A stretch of 63,915 bases of DNA, filler included, from Licmophora abbreviata (taxonomy: Eukaryota): NCBI GenBank assembly GCA_900291995.1. It is 8 parts of 8 records of this genome, joined end to end, with 100 filler letters (N's around TTAATTAATTAA, not from the genome) between each part and the next. Parts side by side here need not be neighbours in the genome. Positions count along the whole stretch, not along the records: positions 58,142 to 62,127 come from OLMU01000071.1; positions 62,228 to 63,915 come from OLMU01000072.1; 6 more parts are not named here. One strand, 5' to 3'. The notes below the pieces were generated by a model. It worked only from the letters and a program-made list of their open reading frames with translations, was not told the DNA's origin and did not search any database. The translations under genes and the position numbers were made by a program. Below, one piece after another: positions 58,704-63,915 of the stretch; position 1 is the stretch's first letter, and each line of letters starts with the position of its first letter.

Positions 58704-59849
58704 TCATTGTTCCTCTTGCGCCTCGACAGCAGTTTCTGTGATACCGGTCTCCACCAACGCGTCTTCTAGTCTCTTGTCGAGGGAAGTGGCATCATTCTCG
58801 GATTCTACTGGCTCTGCGTTCAAGTCGTCGTTGCTTGTGTCGTCTTTCGTTGTCCCGTCTTCATCCTCCTTTTCTACCCGCTCTGCACGCACCTCTTCGT
58901 TTGTGACATCGTTTCCATTTATCGAAGGCTCCTGTAGCTTCATCGATGGTCCTTCGTCCCTGTCTGCTTCCCCGTCTGCGGATTTTTCGTCCGCGTCAAT
59001 AGCCGTCGTTTGCAACTCCCTTGTAGCTGCCTCCACCGCTTCTTCGTGATGCAGCGGTTCGTCAACAGGAGATGTTTCCATTATGTCAGATTCCTGCTCG
59101 CCCCCTTCTCCTGCATGGTCTCCTCTCATCTCGTCAATTTGCTTCTTCTGCAGCTCGATTTTAGCCGTCATCTCTTCAATCGCATCGTGCAGCTCATCGA
59201 GGTAATAATTCATTTCTTCTTCGCTCAGTTTCTCCTCGCTTTTCTCCGCCTCCGCTTCCGCTTTGGGCCCAGGTGAATTTACCACGCTCTGAATCTCCTC
59301 CTTCTCCTGGTCCAGTTCCTCCTGGAACTCCTCTTCGGCTTGTCGTCGTGCAGTGTCAATGGCGACCATTTCATTCATGAATTCAAGTTCAATCTTACTT
59401 TTCTCTTCGACGACACCGTTCATGGATTCCTTGAGCGCTTTGACTAAGGAACTGCTTCCCTCTTTGACAAATTCCATCTGATGCTCCAGAATACCCATGG
59501 AATGCATGGCCTTGCAGAGCTGCGACTGCATTCGCAGCACGTAGGACGATTCGACACTGTCCGGCGCTGCCTCCCGAAGCACCTCCGCATAGGCATGCAG
59601 TGATCCATTCTGATTCTGTACTTCCCGTTCGAGCTGCTGCATTTCGCGTCTTCTCTCCTCCCCGATCTTGGTCATTTTGGAAACTTCTCGTCGATACTTG
59701 AGTCGATTGTCGGAAGACTCGGCTCGTAGACGCGTGAGTTCCTCCCGGACCTTGGCCATTTCATCCTGCCGACTCTCAATATTGCTCTTGACCTGTGAGA
59801 TCTTCCTGTCGCGATCATTGATCATTTGCTGTAATAGTTCCTCTTCCAT
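58704..59849 (-). CDS. Uncharacterised coiled-coil protein, paralog A (acidic tail)
   Basis: Intronless 381-aa ORF; shares the YV..QSQL.KAM...HQME.V domain with 60514-61392. Confidence 0.8.
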   Translation of the reverse strand: MEEELLQQMINDRDRKISQVKSNIESRQDEMAKVREELTRLRAESSDNRLKYRREVSKMTKIGEERRREMQQLEREVQNQNGSLHAYAEVLREAAPDSVESSYVLRMQSQLCKAMHSMGILEHQMEFVKEGSSSLVKALKESMNGVVEEKSKIELEFMNEMVAIDTARRQAEEEFQEELDQEKEEIQSVVNSPGPKAEAEAEKSEEKLSEEEMNYYLDELHDAIEEMTAKIELQKKQIDEMRGDHAGEGGEQESDIMETSPVDEPLHHEEAVEAATRELQTTAIDADEKSADGEADRDEGPSMKLQEPSINGNDVTNEEVRAERVEKEDEDGTTKDDTSNDDLNAEPVESENDATSLDKRLEDALVETGITETAVEAQEEQ

Positions 59850-60513
59850 GATTAGAGACGCAGAGAGAGAGAGAGGTATGGTAGTCTACCACGAGCAGCG
59901 TGTGTTTGGTAGGACGGTCGCGCCAATATGCCGCAGTTTCCTTGATTCAAGACCGAATCCGGCGTAGTTTCCAGCCTGATCCTCTGTATAGTCACAAAGA
60001 CGATAACGGCCCCCGCAACACAGACTTTAGAGGGAGATGTTGGGTCCCGTTGATCTCAGACACATGGATGCAACGTTGTGTGTCATCGCCGTCTTGTGTG
60101 CTGTGTGGTGTCGCTTCCCGGCATCATCACACGCGCCGGCCGAAACCCGCACGGCCAACTCGTGACTGAGTAAACTCCCTATATCTGCCTTATGTTTCGT
60201 AGTCCAAACTATAGTTTTCTTTATTCCAGTTTGGGTCATTGCCAATAATTCTTAGCAGCGTCATCGCGATGACTCTCGGAGTAAATTCGAGGGCAAGAAA
60301 AGCTTTTTGTGTGCTCTCTGTAAAAGATGATGTGATGTTGTCTTGCGTCGCGTCTTGGGATATATAGTACGAATAGCGCTTATTATTGTTGTTGTCAGTA
60401 CAAAGGCGACCGCGTTCTTGAGTTCCTCCTTCTTATTACACTTGCTCCAAGAGGCTAGGCCAATACGTGTGATAACAAATAGAAGCTCATCCGCCGTCAA
60501 ATAAACTGGAACC

Positions 60514-61392
60514 ATGATTCGACAGCTGACGCAACGTCTCTCCACTCGCAACATGCTCGCGACGGGCGGCGATTCCGGAAACGACTCGCAGGATCCCACT
60601 ACTAACAGCCCAGAGCGTTCACCCCCTCGACCGACGTTTATTGTCGAGGACGATGAAGAGGAAGGGGATGGCGGTCGCGGAACGCTCGAGAAAACGGTGA
60701 GGGCACGGGACGCCACTATCATCACGCTCGACAAGGAGCAACATGAGAAGGAACAAGAACTGGCAGAACTGCAAGCGGAACTGGAGCAGGAGCGTTTGAA
60801 GCAGATGCAAGAATCAATCTTGCATCGACTCGAGACGGATCGTCTTCAGAAGCAGACCGACGCGATGGAGGAGCGCTTACTGGCCTTGGAACGTGATATG
60901 CAGGACAAGGATGCGATCCACGAGTACGCCAACTTGATCAAGGGGGTCGCTCCCACCAGCGGTGTGGACTCGCAGTACGTTATGAAGCTACAGTCGCAGC
61001 TTGCGAAGGCTATGAAGAAGATGGAGGCGACGTCACACCAGATGGAGCTGGTCGAACAGAGCTGTCATGAAGTCGTTGGGTCACTCAAGACGGAGATATC
61101 AGAGGTCGTCGAAGATCGCTGTCGCACTGAGCTGGAACTCCGTAAGCAGTTGGAGATCTTGGAATCGCAGAAAGAAACGATACAGAAGGACTATGATGAC
61201 CAGATCCGTAAAAATCAGGAAGAAATGGAGCGCCTCAAGCAGAAGGAAGTCCTTGCAGAAGAACCCGCAGAAGAGATAGAAGAACCGGAACTTGCTGCAG
61301 AACTCAAGGAGGCCGAGGCCCACCTCGAAGATTTGAACCGTACGTACGAATCTCAAGAGGAGACAATCAAACAGCTTTCAGAAGACATTTGA
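60514..61392 (+). CDS. Uncharacterised coiled-coil protein, paralog B
   Basis: Intronless 292-aa ORF; shares a ~70-aa domain with 58704-59849. Confidence 0.8.
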   Translation: MIRQLTQRLSTRNMLATGGDSGNDSQDPTTNSPERSPPRPTFIVEDDEEEGDGGRGTLEKTVRARDATIITLDKEQHEKEQELAELQAELEQERLKQMQESILHRLETDRLQKQTDAMEERLLALERDMQDKDAIHEYANLIKGVAPTSGVDSQYVMKLQSQLAKAMKKMEATSHQMELVEQSCHEVVGSLKTEISEVVEDRCRTELELRKQLEILESQKETIQKDYDDQIRKNQEEMERLKQKEVLAEEPAEEIEEPELAAELKEAEAHLEDLNRTYESQEETIKQLSEDI

Positions 61393-61518
61393 GAATGAAA
61401 GATAAGCAATGAGGAAAGAGAATCAGCTTTGACGGTAGCAAACCAAGTGCTCGATATGACTATCTCTTTATAAATGTAATATGGGTCGTATGAATACTGG
61501 GTATATGGATATTATCGC

Positions 61519-63576
61519 TTAGTGTTCAACACGGAATGGAAAGCTTTTGGAGTCCTCGATATAAACGCTCATCTGTGAGCCAGATACAATGCTCTCGTTC
61601 TCTCCGGTCACTCGAGTATTGATAGCTTGACTGCCATTCACAATCGAATCCTCCTCGTCGACCATTTCCGTCGTCTGCTCGGGGGGCTGTTTGGTGGTAC
61701 CGTCAGTCACTCGCAGATTGACCAAAACCTTTCGTAGTGTCTTAATCCGTTCTCCCTTCACAAAGTTTTCCTCTGTAAGGCAGCGCGCCTCCCTGGCAAG
61801 CTCCTTCACACTCTTTGCAAGACTGGAAGCGGCCTCTCTCGCTTCCGGGCATTCGTTCGTCTCCCGCTCGAGTTCCAGAATTCGGATCGACTGTCGCTTG
61901 TTTTCCATCTGGAGCGTTGAGATGCTCATCTTGTCGAAGCGAGCCTTGCGCTTTGTCTCATCCTGCACCTGGCTTACCTCCCGTTTCAACGCTTCGATCT
62001 CGCGTTTATCGAGATGGCTTCCATTTTCTAGGAGGCGAACTTTTTGTTCAAGCCACTGGACCTGTGCGGACTTGGACTGTTGACTGTCTTCACAATCACT
62101 TGTTTGGTGACCAATCTCGACAACCGCNNNNNNNNNNNNNNNNNNNNNNNNNNNNNNNNNNNNNNNNNNNNTTAATTAATTAANNNNNNNNNNNNNNNNN
62201 NNNNNNNNNNNNNNNNNNNNNNNNNNNGGGGGAGTGCTTGAAACATCGACTGTGTTGTCATGCTCTCCCTGAGCACGACGAAGGTTATCTTGCAATTGGA
62301 GAATCCTGAGAAGAAACTCCTCGTTTTGGTACTTGAGCTGTTCGTAGCAAACTTTGGCTCTGTGTTTGTCTCGTTTGTATCGAGCCTCCATTGTGATCAG
62401 GTCGGAGCGAAGGCGATCGGCGTAGTCCTTGGAAACACTAGGTTCGAAGCGGGCGGAAGCTGCAAAGTCTGTTTGGTCGGGAGATTGGAGACCATGAGAG
62501 GACATACTACCAATAAGACCTGTCTTGCTGCTTCTCCTCCGAAAAGGAAGGAACCGCCCAAAGCCACTCCTCTTGTCCGGTGGCAGACTGGAGTCGAACG
62601 AGTGAGACCGTTTCATTCCGTTAAGCGGGGCGCTGGCGGTGTTGCTAGCGACTTTCGCCCTCTTCTTTAGCTCTGATAGGAAGCGGCAGTCGTGTGTTTC
62701 CAAGTCGATTTCCAGTTCGACGATACGTCGTCCCTTGTCGTTGTTATCGCAAACAAGCTCATCACTTTCCCGGTTCTTCGCCAGCATCTCGTATTCAAAG
62801 CGTTCGAGCTGTTCTGCCTTGGAAATGGACTCCTTCTTCAGCCATTCAACCTCATGCTGTGTTTCCGCTAGCTTCTTGTTCAACGCAGTGAGCATTTCTT
62901 GGTAGTTTTCGGGGAGCGTCTTGGTCTCCCCGTCACTGCGGTCGATACACTCATCGGCATTGTCGTTCTCTTTCATCGAGTGGCGAAGCATGCCAAGCTC
63001 CCTCCGAAGCGACTCATTTTCCAGCTCGATTGTTTCAAGTTCAGCCTCAAGCGTGACCTGGATCTTTCGTAGCTCTGACAATTCCTCTGTTTTACGAACA
63101 AGGCGATGCTTGAGGGTAGATGCCGCTTCACTAAGGGTTACCAGCATGCCCTCGTTCTCCGGAGTGGATCGCACGCGCTCATCGAGATGTCCATCTTTGT
63201 CGCGAAGCTTGCGACGAATTTCAATCCTCTTTGATAAAGAGGATCTCGACTTGTGAGATCCTCTCCTAGGTTGAATTGGCGCTTCGTCGGATGTATCGTG
63301 CGGAGGCGGAGGAATCATCGAAAGATCGAGCTTGCTCGACGTTTCGGTTGCAGAATCGCTGCCACTAAATCGAAAGATGTCAGAGAACGAGTCGCGTTCT
63401 GGACTAGTGATGGCCGTAGAGTTGGTCACATCGTCAATGTCTTTTCCGATACTGAGCTCGCGGTTCATGCGGGTCAATAAATCGGGTGTCGGCGACTCTA
63501 CGCGGACCTTGTCTGATGCATTCTTCGATTCCGAGCCAGCGTCTCCTTGAACTAAGATCTCCATTGGCACTTTCAT
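61519..63576 (-). CDS. Uncharacterised coiled-coil protein interrupted by an assembly gap
   Basis: ORFs 62176-63609 (ATG at 63576) and 61519-61989 are on the same strand with similar heptad composition on either side of the gap. Joining them is inferred. Confidence 0.65.
62128..62227. other. Assembly gap with TTAATTAATTAA linker
   Basis: Same 100-nt spacer as the other gaps. Confidence 0.97.
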
Positions 63577-63915
63577 GCCGTAAAATGCACGTGGTTCTCG
63601 GCGGATCAAGTGCTTTTAGCTTTCTTTTCTGGGGTTGGGGAATGTTGCCGCCTGTTGTTGAAATTGTGAGCACATGCGAGGAATGTGAGCGTCCGGGCTT
63701 TCGACGCCTTGGCGCGCCCCGCTAAATTGACATTTATGTTCCCATGTTGAGATATATCGACTGCGTGGCAACTCAACATACCCTGACGTTCGTCTGGCTA
63801 TTGAACAGAGTTTTGTAATTGTTTCCAAACTTTGACAAATTCGCTGGACGTCAGGTCTTTTCGGAACAAGATTGGTTAGACTGCATCTCATAATATATGA
63901 ACAATTAAGTGTGAT

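Noticed and set aside
1..63915. tRNA, rRNA, transposable elements, CRISPR arrays
   Set aside because: No cloverleaf with A/B boxes, rRNA-like tract, RT/integrase/transposase motif, terminal repeat or repeat-spacer array was recognised by eye; a covariance-model scan would be needed to exclude small RNAs.

Overview
Gene-dense, roughly 50% GC eukaryotic nuclear DNA with short GT-AG introns (mostly 74-150 nt). It is very probably a diatom: several proteins carry bipartite signal + 'ASAF/AFAP'-type plastid presequences, chlP is nuclear, and there is an AdoMetDC-aminopropyltransferase-SET fusion of the type described from diatoms. About 30 protein-coding genes can be modelled. Well-supported families: MgtE-type transporter, Bdp1, a GRIP-domain golgin, PP2C, TMEM43, a RING-H2 ligase, a cyclophilin-like protein, chlP, an LRR protein, NF-YB, an NSD/ASH1-like SET protein, eIF4B/4H, PIG-F, an EXS protein, a divergent V-ATPase c subunit, an alpha/beta hydrolase, HopJ, an SRPBCC protein, a prolyl 4-hydroxylase, an ankyrin-TRP channel and TAF1. 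It is a draft assembly, with seven identical 100-nt gaps (N44-TTAATTAATTAA-N44) and a few probable homopolymer frameshift errors. Most interesting: (1) a head-to-head pair of paralogous ankyrin-repeat + CbbX-type AAA+ genes, one with a D-to-N Walker B; (2) a second head-to-head paralog pair of coiled-coil proteins sharing an unnamed ~70-aa domain; (3) the putative long-chain polyamine synthase fusion, with a degenerate SET domain; (4) a VHL-beta-like domain fused to a secreted prolyl 4-hydroxylase; (5) bacterial-like plastid-targeted genes (HopJ and an alpha/alpha-barrel-like protein). No rRNA, tRNA, CRISPR array or transposon could be supported. All family calls come from motif recognition by eye; no database search was run.
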